From: Octopus sinensis
Taxonomy: Eukaryota
Length of the DNA: 64,000 bases
Reading direction: 5' to 3'
Assembly: GCF_006345805.1 (NCBI RefSeq)
Contig: NC_043003.1
Coordinates: forward strand, 29,078,001-29,142,000
Part shown: positions 47,035 to 60,922 of the stretch, piece by piece
Numbering within the stretch: the first letter of the stretch is position 1
How the letters are laid out: the number at the start of each line of letters is the position of its first letter
Translations under genes and position numbers: made by a program
The notes under the pieces: model-generated
What the model was told of the DNA's origin: nothing
The model's database searches: none
The model's input: the letters and a program-made list of their open reading frames with translations, nothing else

Positions 47035-47830
47035 TGTGAGTTTATTGGCATTGTGTTCTTGCATACTGGTATTAAACACATCTAACTGAGAAAAAAGCAT
47101 GACGAAATCTATCAGTTGTGCACACTAGCCATGCCAATCCCCTTAGAATGACAATGTGTTACCTTTTTTGTTTCAAAAGCCTCCTATTTTATTCTTCAGC
47201 TATAGTACTTAGATTACAGTTGCTTGTCCCTCAAAAGGCTATAAACCGCGTAAAGAATCAACCATTGGTGTTAATGTTTCCGTGTCGTTGCAGAGCTAAT
47301 AAAATAACTGCGCCTTTGGTGACGTTGCGAGTTGTTTGATCTAAAGCAACTACAAGTTTGTTATAAAGGTCTGACGGACGAAGCCTCAGTGTATATTAAA
47401 AACATGAGCTTAAATTGCATCTGGATCCTCCATCTTTATGAATACAACTATACCTTTCACATTTTCTATCATACATGGCGCTCCAGCCGTACAAATTCCA
47501 GTACAAGAATCCTGTGAAAATCTCATCGTTTCTTCCAGACATGCAGACACGGTTTGGAAAATATCATGTTTTATAGAAACTAGGCGATTATTTAACAATA
47601 GTGAATAGATGGTGACATTGCCAAACGACTGTACTTTTCCATTAATAACTGCCGATTCATTTTCAACTTGAATGGCAAACTTAGAACTTTTCATACTTCT
47701 AGAAACACACTTTACAATAGTAGTTAATACAACAACTATTTTCCTATGAATTGTTTTATTAGATAAAAGAATTTTCATTACTCCTCCCACAGCATTATCG
47801 CCATACTTTTCGCAGTCAAGCTGCAAGTAG
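47035..47830 (-). mobile_element. hAT (Buster/Charlie, SCAND3/FAM200-like) transposase relic
   Basis: FAIQVENESAVINGKVQ (FAxQxDEST), GICTAGAPCMIENVKGIVVFIK (ICTDGAPxMxG), later FFSQLDVFNTSMQ; stops and frameshifts. Confidence 0.75.
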
Positions 47831-47952
47831 TATATTTTTTCAGATGTAGTATATGGTTTTTCTTAGTTAAACAATCAGTTCACCCACTTAGATACAGGCA
47901 GTATCTTATGTGAGACTGTCACTGGTTTACACCATCATCATTATCATCATCG

Positions 47953-48004
<52 letters not shown>

Positions 48005-48077
48005 CATCATCATCATCATTACTATTATTATTATCATTATTAATATTAATATTACCAGTATTAGTATTAGTATTAAA

Positions 48078-48645
48078 GGCGGCGAGCTGGCAGCATCGTT
48101 AGCACGCCGGACGAAATGCCGTTACGTTCTGAGTTCAAATTCCGCCGAGGTCGACTTTGGCTTTCATCCTTTCGGGGTCGATAAATTAAGTACCAGTTAC
48201 GCACTGGGGTCGATGTCATCAACTTAATCCGTTTGTCTGCCCTTGTTTGTCCTCTCTGTGTTTAGCCCCTTGTGGCTAGTAAAGAAATAGGTATTTCGTC
48301 TGTCTTTATGTTCTGAGTTCAAATTCCGCCGAGGTCGACTTTGCCTTTCATCTTTTCGGGGTCGATTAAATAAGTACCAGCTACGCACTGGGGTTGATGT
48401 AATCGACTTAATCCGTTTGTCTGTCCTTGTTTGTCCCCTCTGTGTTTAGCCCCTTGTGGGCAGTAAAGAAATAGGTATTACGTTCGTCTTTATGTTCTGA
48501 GTTCCAATTCCGTCGAAGTCGACTTTGACTTTTATCCTTTCGGGGTCGATAAAGTAAGTATCAGTGAAACACCGGGGTCGATATAATCGATTTATCCCTT
48601 CCCTTAAAATTTCTGCCCTTGTGGCAAAATTTGAAATCATTATTA
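48078..48645 (+). mobile_element. SINE-B trimer
   Basis: Units 48078-48289, 48290-48473, 48474-48645; same junction as the other multimers. Confidence 0.9.
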
Positions 48646-48861
48646 TTCAGTAGTCTTATTTTTATCACTTGCTTTCACTGCCCTACCGAGCGCAGCTCTG
48701 TGTGCCTTGGATATGTGCTATGGTTTGTTGGGGTACTCTTATTTTTACTGTACTAAAAGTGTTCTATGTAGGATGTGTGCAGTGCCTAGTAGTGCTATTT
48801 TCTGTATGCTATATATACTTGTAAGTCCGGGTGTTTTTAATATGTATTTGCCTGAATGTTG

Positions 48862-48875
48862 TTTTATTATTATTA

Positions 48876-48937
<62 letters not shown>

Positions 48938-48985
48938 TTGTTGTTGTTTTTCTTCTTCTTATTATTATTATTATTATTTTCTTCT

Positions 48986-49063
<78 letters not shown>
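48862..49063. repeat. Compound (ATT)n(GTT)n(CTT)n(ATT)n microsatellite
   Basis: Direct reading. Confidence 0.95.
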
Positions 49064-49066
<3 letters not shown>

Positions 49067-49261
49067 TGGCAATTCTATTCTATCAAAAGTCTTTGAGATC
49101 ATATCTGCTAGATAAATATTCATATTTTGACAATAGATGTAGCTTTGTCTTGCTTTCGACCATATCGGAAATAGAAAGCTTCTCACCACAGTTCAGATAA
49201 CTAGGCCATCTACGTCTCCTTCTCCTGTCCATGAGACAACGAGACTCATATTTTTATTTTA

Positions 49262-49380
49262 TACTAGCAGTATAACCCGGGATTAAGTTAGGATTATTAA
49301 GCTAATCAAGTTCTTTATTTCAAACCAAACTAAGTAACATCGACATCAAATTTGGGCGAAATCCGTTGAAATTGGTTTAT
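49262..49380 (-). mobile_element. Helitron 3'-end fragment
   Basis: atactagcagtataacccggg resembles the 31219 terminus, with the hairpin collapsed. Confidence 0.5.
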
Positions 49381-49585
49381 GTATATATATATATATTATA
49401 TATATTATATATATATATATATATATAATGATGATGATAATAATAATAATAATAATAATAATATAATAATAATAATAATAATATAATAATAATAATAGTA
49501 GGGAATATCATTCCAAACTTACAAGCAAATATTCAATTTAGCAATTCTAAATCAAATTTCACAATATATAATATATGTATATAAT

Positions 49586-49866
49586 TGAGAGGAAAACCTT
49601 TATTAAGCAATTCAATACTGAAAGACGTTATTCACACCATATAGAAAAAATAGATATACTATAAAAACCTTATTATAAAAATCAATAAAGTACATACACA
49701 ATAAATAGTAAATAGTAGTAAATTGACTATTTACTACTGTTTACCATTTATTGTTTATGTACTTTATTGATTTTTAGAATGAGGTTTTTATAGTACATTT
49801 ATTTTTCCTATATGGTGTGAATAACGTCTTTCACTATTGAATTGCTTAATAGAGGTTTTCCTCTCA
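49586..49866. repeat. AT-rich fold-back, ~125-bp imperfect arms
   Basis: tgagaggaaaacct..gacgttattcacaccatatag versus ctatatggtgtgaataacgtc..aggttttcctctca. Confidence 0.85.
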
Positions 49867-50009
49867 GGTCGCGGTCTCAAAGCGGCGAAAATATTTTGGT
49901 AGATTAAATTTAAATGTTGAAGTGAATCTAACGGTTTTTGTGTGTGTTTTAAATGGCTTATAAACACCTTCCACGCTGCAATTGTTTATGTATTTATGTA
50001 TATCTATGC

Positions 50010-50180
50010 TTAACGGCATTTCGTCCGTCTTTACGTTCTGAATTCAAATTCCGCCGAGGTCGACTTTTACCTTTCATCCCTTCGGAGTTGATTAAATAAG
50101 TACTAGTTGAACACTGGGGGGTTGATGTAATTGACTTATCCCCTCCCCGAAATTGATGGCCTTTTGCCAAAATTTGAAAC
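50010..50180 (+). mobile_element. 5'-truncated SINE-B
   Basis: Core plus tail. Confidence 0.8.
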
Positions 50181-50654
50181 CAGTATAAGTCCCGAACGGG
50201 GATATATTAACGAGAAGAATTACTTTTATCTTTGGCATTGTACAAAACTCCGAACTGGAGCTCCAGTATGAAGTGGGAAAAATTCTACATTTGAGGTTAA
50301 GATCAAATACTGATATGGTTTGGGTTGGCTTCTAGGTGACCACAGCTTTTTAATATCCCCAAGAAAATCACGGAAGAACAGCATATTCAAATAGTCTACC
50401 ATCCTGAGCCGCGACTAAATCTCCAAGACATGTGTGCTTGTGAATGTGTGTGTATGTGTATAAAGATAGATAGATAGATAGAAAGAAAGAAAGATTATAT
50501 GTATGTATTTATGTATGTTTATGTGTAGTATATATTTATGTATGTGTATATACATATGCACACATATATATAGGTATGTGTGCATGTGTATAGTGTGTGT
50601 GTGTATGTATATGTGTGTCTGTCTGTGTGTGTGTAGTTCAAGTTTACAGAAAAC

Positions 50655-50790
50655 AACAGACGAAAACAGGTGTAGGAACAACAAGCAGGTGTATTAGTTT
50701 AACGCTCGGTAAGAATGGAAGTCCTTGACGTTTAGAGCCTACAGTCTTCGATAGAAAGGATTAACAGGAAAAGAAACAGAGAGAGAAAAA
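50655..50790 (-). mobile_element. Family H2 pLTR-like repeat, decayed hammerhead 50722-50760
   Basis: CTATCGA-A-GAC.TGTAG.GCTC-TAA-ACGT-C-AAGGA plus shared flank gagcgttaaactaataca. Confidence 0.6.
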
Positions 50791-51174
50791 AATGCGTAAG
50801 GATTAACTGTTCAATATGGTGTGTATGCATGTGTGTGTAAGTAGACGAATTTAAACCCCCTGCGCGCACACATACAAACTGAAAAATCTTATGAAGAAAT
50901 AGATAATTAAGATAAATTAAAATAGTTCGTGGTCGTAGTTAAAGGAATGGTGGAAACGTTCGACCCAAGAAAATATTGCGGCTGGATTTGAACTCAAAAC
51001 GAACTAGGTTAGGTCCTAATTTATTATCATCTCGCATTTTGTCTGGCCCTCTACCAAAGGATTAGCCGGGTCGTTAGAAATCCAAATCCCGTGGGCGAAT
51101 AATCAACTTCGCCAACATTCTTTCTGAGCAATGATAAAAATAAAGAACTAGTCACGTGCTTCGATTGATATATA

Positions 51175-51277
<103 letters not shown>

Positions 51278-51720
51278 CATCGTAAAGATAAATGGAAATA
51301 GAATTAAAAGACTCTACTTGTTCATCGTCCCTGTCTGGACTTTATCGGATGATTTTGAGGTCTGAGAAGAGATCATGGTTAAGAAAACTTATCATAATTA
51401 AGTAATTGACCTTTGATATGGGTAATAATTATAATTGTGAAGCTTAAATATAAGACTAGAGATATGGCGGTTTCAGAGATGACTGGAGTAGATAAAGAAG
51501 TTATGATTGAAAGAAAGCAGACGAGATAAGGAGAAGGAATCAAGGGACATACTGACACAGAACAATATAGTAACACCCTTTGACCTGTGATGTTGGAATA
51601 GCTAATGATCACATGCTAATCAATGTGACCGCGTAACATAGATTTTTTTTCAAATATATGTAATATGTATGTTTGTGAGGCTGTGTACATGTGTGTGCGT
51701 ACGCGCGCTTATGTGTGTAC

Positions 51721-51752
<32 letters not shown>

Positions 51753-51852
51753 GCGCGCGTGCGTGTGCGTCTGTATATATTTGAATTTGTATATTTCTAG
51801 ACAGACAGATAGATAGATAGATAGATATAGACAGACAGACAGACAGACAGAC

Positions 51853-51942
<90 letters not shown>

Positions 51943-52777
51943 ACGTAGACGAGAGGATCTTTCATCATTCTGTCGAGGAAAGTAGGCCTTTCAACGCTTC
52001 CATCCTAAACATTTATTTTTTGTGCATTGATAATAATTTTTACATGTTTAATGCATCAGTATGTCATCCACTCGCGTAATGCACTTTATTGCATCAACCA
52101 CTCGCTGAATGTTTGAAACAGCAGTAAAGATGAGTTTTCTTTGTTAAATATATTAATGCTTGCATTTATTTATTACAGTTTATAAATAATTTAATGCTAT
52201 GTATAAGTTCTTGCCCATCTTTTGTCACTTCACACACACACATACATATACATACATATATATGAATATGTATGTATGTATGTATGCATGTATGCACACA
52301 AGGTAATCAAATGGAAATAATTCCAATGAGCTAATTGCATGAATTTAAATAAATTGAGTAATGACGTACTAAATGGCATGCAAAAATAAAATCAAAATTC
52401 TAAAATATATCAATTTGTCTTTTTGCTGGAGGAAGAATTTAAAAAAAATAACAACTAGCGACAGATTTTAGCGACTCTCTGCATAAGAATGGAAATAATT
52501 TCAAGAAATCAACAATTTGGAACAAAGATGATTGAATTTGCATTGCATACATTCATTTAGATGTACGGTTTAAAATGCCACCGTGGTTTATACTAGAGCT
52601 CACGTTACAGATCAAACTGAAGAACAACACGACAGGTTATGCCTGATTGTCGCCGCCTGATCAGGAGAATTTTAATGAAAAATGGTAAGAGCAACAAGTG
52701 CTACTTTCGCTAATTTGCATACCAGCTTATTAATTGCTACATGTAATCAATAACATATATCATTAATATGTACATCG

Positions 52778-52997
52778 TTTATCTTCTGTTGTTTCAGCTA
52801 TTGCACTGCGGCGATGCTGGTGTACCGCCTTGAAAAGTCTGAGTCGAACGAATCAACCTTAGTTCTTACTTTTTTACAAAGCTTAATACTTGTTCTATGG
52901 GCTTCTTTGGCCGCGCCGCTAAATCACAGGTACGTAAGCAGACAAGCACCGGTTGTCGAATGGTGGTGAGTGACAAACACACACGCACAAAAACCTA

Positions 52998-53034
<37 letters not shown>

Positions 53035-53833
53035 GGTAGCTGCCCCCTCATTATCGAGTATGGCCATTGCGAGAAGCTTAATCAATGTAGTTATCGTGCA
53101 ATGCCTGTGCAAGAAGATTTTTTTTAAGTGAGGAAAGGCTGTGCACTGAGTCAATCCCACTCACTAAGCAACAAACTACTGAGCCGCAGGTTTTATGTCT
53201 GAGTTATCCCAGTTACCTGAGTTACCTTCTCCTAGAAGGATGCCCTAACAAAGGCTAGGAGGCCTTCACTTCCAATGGTTTAACTGCGCGATCGGGTATT
53301 CAGTCCGATTATTTCTATGTCCCCGCGCATGATACAGCCTTAAGACATTTATTGGATGGCCGTTCACTCTCAAGAGTTCCTCCGCTCTTTGACGGGTTTT
53401 GTTTTTCATCCCGCAGGGTGTCCAATAAACACCCTCCTCACCAAGCAAGCTTGGTGGGGTTGCCGGTTTAGTCGCCGACGACCCGACCATGCAACAGGTT
53501 CTACTGGGTTACATGTTACCAGTAGCACTCGAAAGTGACCTGACATAATATATATACACATGCATACATACATACATACATACATACATACATACATACA
53601 TACATACATACATACATACATACATACATACATACAAATATACATATGTATTATATGTGTGTGTATGCATACATATATACGCGCAAACACAGACGACGGG
53701 TTTCCTTCAGTTTCTGCCGATCAAATCCACTCACAAGGCTTTGGTCGGAGCTATAGTGGAAGACACTTGTCCAAGGAGCTCCACAGTACAACAGAACCCG
53801 GAACCTTTTAGTTGGATTGGGAAGCAAACTTTT
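52778..53833 (-). mobile_element. SINE-A split by a nested insertion (tail 52778-52990, head 53692-53833)
   Basis: Both halves match family A in the same orientation. Confidence 0.65.
53040..53545 (-). mobile_element. Unclassified hairpin-rich insert, possibly an orphan RTE-type 5' UTR
   Basis: Non-coding; sits in the SINE-A central microsatellite; tctaggagaaggtaactc..aaacc resembles my recollection of RTE 5' UTRs (not verified). Confidence 0.4.
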
Positions 53834-54544
53834 TGTCTGGTATCCATGCATATATATATATGTGGAACAAAAGCGCAATAGAGGGCATTAAAGTGAGACG
53901 ATACAAGGGTGAACAGGAGAAACAATAATTAAAAGGACAGGCAAAAAAATACAGGTCATTATTGGCTTTCTTTTATCAGTCAAGTTCCAGAAGTCTAAGC
54001 TAAGAGCATTAGACCCCTTTGTAAGTAAGCTAGTGAAGGTGTACGGCAACGAAGACAAAAAACAAACAAACAACAAGAAATGACAACAGGTGTCTTTCGA
54101 CTGAGAACGATTCAAAATGAGCTGGCAAGTATGAAGTGAAGGCCTAAAGGCAGGAACATAGGAGATGGACATAAGATGTGTTGGCGGTCGGCAGTCAGGC
54201 CAAGAAAGAAAGATCATGGCTGGCCGGACACCCGTCACGTCAAAGGAGGAGAGATGGGTAGGGGACAGCGGGATTGAAGGATTAGAAAAAAATCAGAGAC
54301 AAAGAGAAACGTACAGGGGAGATAAACGCGTGGGAAATAGTGGGAGTTAAAGAGTGGGTCAAGAAATATGAGAGAGGGGGAGCAAGAAAAGGAAGGAAAA
54401 TGAGAGAGGGAATAAAAGAGAGAGTAAGTGTTGTACAAAATTTAGATACATACCTACTATGAGGTGAGCACAAGGGTGTACGTATGCGGAACAAAAACGC
54501 GATAGAGGATATTAAAACGAGACGATATAAAGCCGGACAAAAAA

Positions 54545-54718
54545 AACAAAACAAAAGACGAAGACAGGTGGTGTAGACAACAAATAGATGTATTAGTATA
54601 ACCCTCGGGAAGTGAAAAAATCTTTAACGTTTCGAGCCTACGCTCTTACACAGAAAGGAACACAGAAAGAAACAATGAGAGTAAATAAAGAATATGTAGT
54701 GGCTAGCGATCTATCATG
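54545..54718 (-). mobile_element. Family H2 pLTR-like repeat, hammerhead-like motif 54622-54657
   Basis: CTTT-CTGTGTA-A-GAGC.GTAG.GCTC-GAA-ACGT-T-AAAG. Confidence 0.72.
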
Positions 54719-55278
54719 AGAATATATATATATAGGTGTCCGCGTGTGTATAGTGACAAAAACTACATGTGGCGCCGTATGATTAAAAAGCTAGCGGTAC
54801 AATCAGTAGATCAGATCTCGATTTCGATCCTATGACGTGGCACATTCAGGGGGTTATTTTTTCCCATTTTTTTAAACATTGCTTCGAAAGAAGCCAAGCT
54901 TTGTGAATGGAACTGGGTAAGCGGAAGGGGACAGCGCTGAAACCTGTTGAGCAATCGCATTTATAATTCAAAGGCTCTGCCTTATTTATACATCATACTA
55001 TGTTGATCCCGTCTGGGAATTATGCTAAGGGTACACGTGCATGTCTACCCAGTGTTCAGCCACGTACTCGTTAATTCAATGAGAAGGTAGATTAGTTGAT
55101 CGAGCAACTCAAAAATCCGCATCGAGACCTATGGGAATCCATTTTAACGTGTGCTTGTGTATGTTTGTGCGTGTGTATGTGTGAGTGTATATGTATGTGT
55201 GTATGTATGTGTGTATTTATGTATGTATGTATGTATGTGTACATGAATGTGTATGTATATATATATATATTATATATA

Positions 55279-55870
<592 letters not shown>

Positions 55871-56496
55871 TATATATATTTATATGTATGTATGTATGCA
55901 TGTACGCATGTATAGAAGCGTGTATACGTGTGTGGATTTCTAAGTGTCTGCATGTTTAGAAATACGCTTTTATTTACGCCTATATCTCTCCGTGTGCACT
56001 TGAACGTATAAAGCGGGTAGACGCTTGATTTATTCCAAAGAAATAAAATAAACACACACATAGACAAACACATACATACACACACTCACATCCATTTAAC
56101 AAGCAACCTTTTCCCTCGTCTGTAGTTTCTTTATGCATGCATTCAGTTAACAAATATGTATGCGCTTTGGCATCATTAGGGAGTTTGAGATTCTCAAAGA
56201 GAAAATTCCAATAAAACCGATCTTCGGTTCACCGAGTCTCGGGAGAGGAAGATCAAGTGACGTTAGGTATTTAGGCATTCGGCTGTTGAAGACTTTAGAT
56301 TCCAGCATCACAGCAATTGAACATTATACAACCAAATGGGCACGCCACCAAACTGCTCCCCCCACACACACTACCTGTATCATACTTACACACGCGCATT
56401 CGCGCGTACACACACATACATTCAGACACACACATATACACTTACATACTCATACACACAAACAAGTATTTCTTTTATGTATGTATGTATGTATTC

Positions 56497-56567
<71 letters not shown>

Positions 56568-56995
56568 CACATACACACACACACAGACGTATGTATGTAT
56601 ATATACACATACATACATAGACATACATACATACATAAATACAGAGAGATAGACAGACAGACGCACAGACAGACGGACAGACGGATAGACGGACAGACAG
56701 ACATGCATACACACATGCACAGGTTTTGAATTAACTTCTACGTGATCGGTTGACAGGCAAGTAATAGCAACCAAATCTCTTTCGAACTTCATCCAATTGT
56801 CTTTAAAATTTTAGACACAGCAACAAACGTAGTCCGAAGTACAGAATTCCCGAACGCAAACTTTTTTTTCTTCTTAAAATACGAAGGAAAATATATTTTG
56901 CTGCATTTCTTCTAACACATTACGTTGTGAGTTCAAATCCTGCAGCGATCTACTTTGCCTTCCATTTCTTTCGTGGTCAATAGTATACCAGTCAA

Positions 56996-57476
56996 AGGCG
57001 GCGAGCTGGCAGAATCGTTAGCACGCTGGGCGAAATGCTTACCGGTATTTCGTCTGCCGTTACGTTCTGAGTTCAAATTCCGCCGAGGTCAACTTTGCCT
57101 TTCATCCTTTCGGGATCGATAAAATAGATTGACTCCAGTTTCGTACTGGAGTCAATCTAATCAACTGCCCCGCACCAAAAAAAAAAAATCGACTTAATGT
57201 CCTTGTTTGTCCCCTCTGTGTTTAGCCCCTTGTGGGCAATAAAGAAATAAGAATCGTTAGCACGCCGGGGAAAATGCTTAGCGGTATTTCATCTGCGCTA
57301 CATTCTGAGTTCAAATTCCGCCGAGGTCAACTTTGCCTTTCATCCTTTCGGGATCGATAAATTAGATTGACTCCAGTTTCGTACTGGAGTCAATCTAATC
57401 AACTGCCCCGCACCAAAAAAAAAAAAAAAATCGGGCCTTGTGCCTAGAGTAGAAAAATATTTTTTAAATAAAATTA
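56996..57476 (+). mobile_element. SINE-B dimer with 12-bp TSD
   Basis: TATACCAGTCAA at 56984-56995 and 57477-57488; both units share the private variant gatcgataaa(a/t)tagattgactccagtttcgtactggagtcaatc. Confidence 0.9.
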
Positions 57477-58094
57477 TATACCAGTCAACTACTGGAGCCG
57501 ATGTAAACAGTTTCTCCTCGCCCCTGTAAATTACTCTCCTTATGTATTTAAATTCGAAGTCATTATAAAAGGTGGGTTGATTGCGGCCAACTGGTAGAAT
57601 CGTTAACGCGTCGGATGAAATACTTAGCGGCACTTCTACCGACTGTTTACGTTCTGAGTTCAGTGAATCCATCAACTAAAGTTACTTCTAAAATAAAATA
57701 TAAGCGGCTTAGTATTTCACAGATATATGTACCCTTAACATATGTCTCAATCAGAATCTGCACGACACAGAGGATATCAAGGCTGTTCTTTTGAATTACA
57801 AGCACAATCCACTCGATTCCGTACAGTTTCTCCCTCAACCCAATTTCAATTAAGAGGTACATGGCGATCCGGGGCTATAAAAATTACATTTACTCAAGAT
57901 ACCACGCAATGGAGTTCCAACTCTGGATATGTCCGGTCATAAATGACTGTGAAATTGCACGCAGAAAGTTCGCCTCTGTGGCACACATGTCCAAGCAAGG
58001 TTGAATGTCGAAGACCACCATACATACCAGTCTCCTCTCTCTGCGCCACCGATGTTACAGTTTGGCAACAGTGTCGTCGCATCTCATCTCTACT

Positions 58095-58210
58095 GGTGAG
58101 TGAAGTGGAGCAACGTAAAATAAAGTGTCTTGCTCAAGAACACAATACACAGCCCGGTACAGGAATCGAACTCGCAACTTGACAATTGTAAACCTCATAC
58201 TCTAATCAAT
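58095..58210 (-). mobile_element. SINE-C-type head
   Basis: gtggagcaacgtaaaataaagtgtcttgctcaag..ggaatcgaactc. Confidence 0.7.
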
Positions 58211-58211
58211 G

Positions 58212-58259
<48 letters not shown>

Positions 58260-58617
58260 ATGTATATACATATGTATGCATGTGCGTATGTGTATGTATA
58301 CATATGTATGCATATATATATATGTATATGTATATATGTGTTTTTTTCTGTGTGTGTGTGCGTAACGGTGTACTGAAACGTTCCTGGCTTTAGGTAAAAT
58401 AAATAAGAGGATCAGTTAATTATGATTTTATTCAACATATTCCCCTCTCAGATTCACACTTATTCAGTTTTTCTAAGCCCTGTAAAAGAATGTTTTGCCT
58501 CCAGCCAGGCCTTTCACGACACCCTTCAAGCCAGTGAGTTTTCAGCACTCCCCTCATACATATGTCTGTGTGTGTGTATGTATGTATCTGTACATACATA
58601 CATACATACATACATAC

Positions 58618-59270
58618 CAGTGGTGGCTCGTATATAGGCACTGCGGAACTGCAGTACTCCCTATTTCCACTCAATATGAGTCCTTTTATCTTTAATTCTT
58701 TGTTTATACTTGTACAATATATAAACCTAAAGCTTAATGTCAGTAGACATCCCCTACAAAAATCTTTGTATAGAACTGCGCGCTTCAAAGTTCCAGCGAT
58801 GCGTTGTTTCGCTGTTGTGCGCATGCTCACATGTCCGAGATAGAAAGCTTCATGCTAGGGAGAGAGAGTACTGTCGTCCACGCAGCACCGGTGAAAAGTA
58901 GTGTTTCTTTTTTACTCTGTGTGTATTGTGCTTAAAAACGTGTATATATTCTTGAATGTGATAAGGTGTAGAATTAGATTATTATCCTGCTTCCAGCTTC
59001 AGTGTTGCAGCCAGGATTTGAAAAATAGGCCAGATTTTTCACCCTTATTTTGTGATTTAGGAGGGATTTTTGAAAAACAAGGGCGAATTCGCATCGGTGT
59101 TCAGTGAACAAATTAAACACACTACCTGGCAGTGGCTAAAACACGAACTGATCAAGTTTATGCAAAAATATTCTTTTTATATATTTGTTTCCTTTTACAC
59201 AAAATTAAAACAATGGCTAAAAAGTTTCTGAAGCAGCACCCCAACTAATTTTATCTACGACCCGCCACTG
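58618..59270. mobile_element. hAT-type non-autonomous element in (ATAC)n
   Basis: TIRs CAGTGGTGGCTCGT and ACGACCCGCCACTG; 8-bp ATACATAC on both sides (match is trivial within the microsatellite). Confidence 0.75.
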
Positions 59271-60152
59271 ATACATACATACATACATACATACATACAT
59301 ACATACATACATACATACACACACATACACATACATACATTCATACATAAACACAGCACTGGCATACACATGCATCGTGCATCTGCCTGTTGGGCATTAT
59401 ATGTACCTGTCATATATTGTTATATGTCGCTCTTATACGCAACATTATTCCTTATACATCATACGCCCTTTATAATTATACAAATGACAAACGTCTGAGG
59501 GTGGATGACTTGTACGTCTGCGTATGAAGAGGCGGCTATGTTTTTGCTTTTGCATATATGCACATAGATGTGCGTGGGCGTTTGTGTGTATGTATGTGTG
59601 TGTGAGTGGGTGTGTGTGTGTGTATGTTTCTTTGTATGTGTTTAAATGTGGGTGTGATTGCGAGAGACCGAGCACGAGTGTGGTAGAGAGCGAGAGTGAG
59701 GAAGTGAATGTATAGTATTACAGGTGTGCAATCGCTGCACCTACAGAAATATTTATACAAATGAGCTTACCTGATTCACAAGCACTTTTATTAAGGGATA
59801 AGAAGATAAGCAAGTGCACGTTCATTCATACGGTTACGCCCTCGCGCTCATTCACACATCCCAACAATGCACATACACATTATCGAATACATACACTGAC
59901 GCACACATGCACCTGCACACACACGCGCACGCGCACACACCTGCATACACACATATACACACACGCACATACACACACATACATACATATACAAACATAC
60001 ATACACGAATCTACACATACACAAACACGCACACACACACACATATATGCTTGTATGTATATACGTGTGCGTATGAATGTATATGTGTGTGTCTGTGTGT
60101 ATACATATATATATATACGTACATATGTGTGTGTATATACGTGTGTGTGCAC

Positions 60153-60197
<45 letters not shown>

Positions 60198-60363
60198 ATA
60201 TATCATATATATATGTATATATATATGTGTGTATATATGTACATTTATATATATGTATATATATATACGTATATATATATATGTATACATACATATATAT
60301 ATATATACACATACGTATATATGTGTGTATGTGCATATGTATAAGTACATATGTATATGTATG

Positions 60364-60416
<53 letters not shown>

Positions 60417-60642
60417 TGTGGACTTCACGATCTAGTTGAGCCGATTTGAAATCAACATCACAAATATACGAGACACGTTAACCGTGTTTGTGCGGTGTAC
60501 AATTATCTAAAGAGACTGACACATTTCAAAAGCTACTGTTTAAAATATGCTAAGATGAAAGCAGAGCAGATTCCCATCGATAAAATATAGTATAATACTC
60601 GTTGCAACCCACGCAGATCGGAAGTTGACTAAGTCCCCACTA

Positions 60643-60870
60643 TCTTCGTGTGATTTAGTGATTAGGGTGTTAGAACTTTTGATCATAAGACTGTAGTTTC
60701 GATTCCTAGACCGAGCGATGCGTTGTGTTCTTGACCAAATCACTTCATTTCACGTTGCTCCAGTCCACTCAGCTGGCAACAATCTTGCGACAGACCGGAG
60801 TCCCGTCAAGGTGGGGAATTTTTACGCCATGAAACCGGGAAACCGGCCCTGATGAGTCAGTATGGCTAGT
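60643..60870 (+). mobile_element. Degenerate SINE (C-type head, D-type tail)
   Basis: gcgttgtgttcttgacc..gctccagtccactcagctggc plus gaaaccgggaaaccggcc tail. Confidence 0.7.
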
Positions 60871-60922
60871 AAAGGTAACTTAATGTTTTGGGGTTTCTTT
60901 TTTTACAACTACCCTCCTATAG

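Noticed and set aside
48078-48645. Regularly spaced repeats as a CRISPR array
   Set aside because: Units are ~180-bp SINE monomers with no unique spacers; eukaryotic context.
56160-56345. ORF with DVRYLGIRL resembling LINE KYLG
   Set aside because: Single short motif with no neighbouring LINE motifs.
60849-60880. CTGATGAG as a hammerhead core
   Set aside because: No GAAA arm or stem I; it is a variant of the SINE-D tail (cctt/ttatgagcc at 61200).
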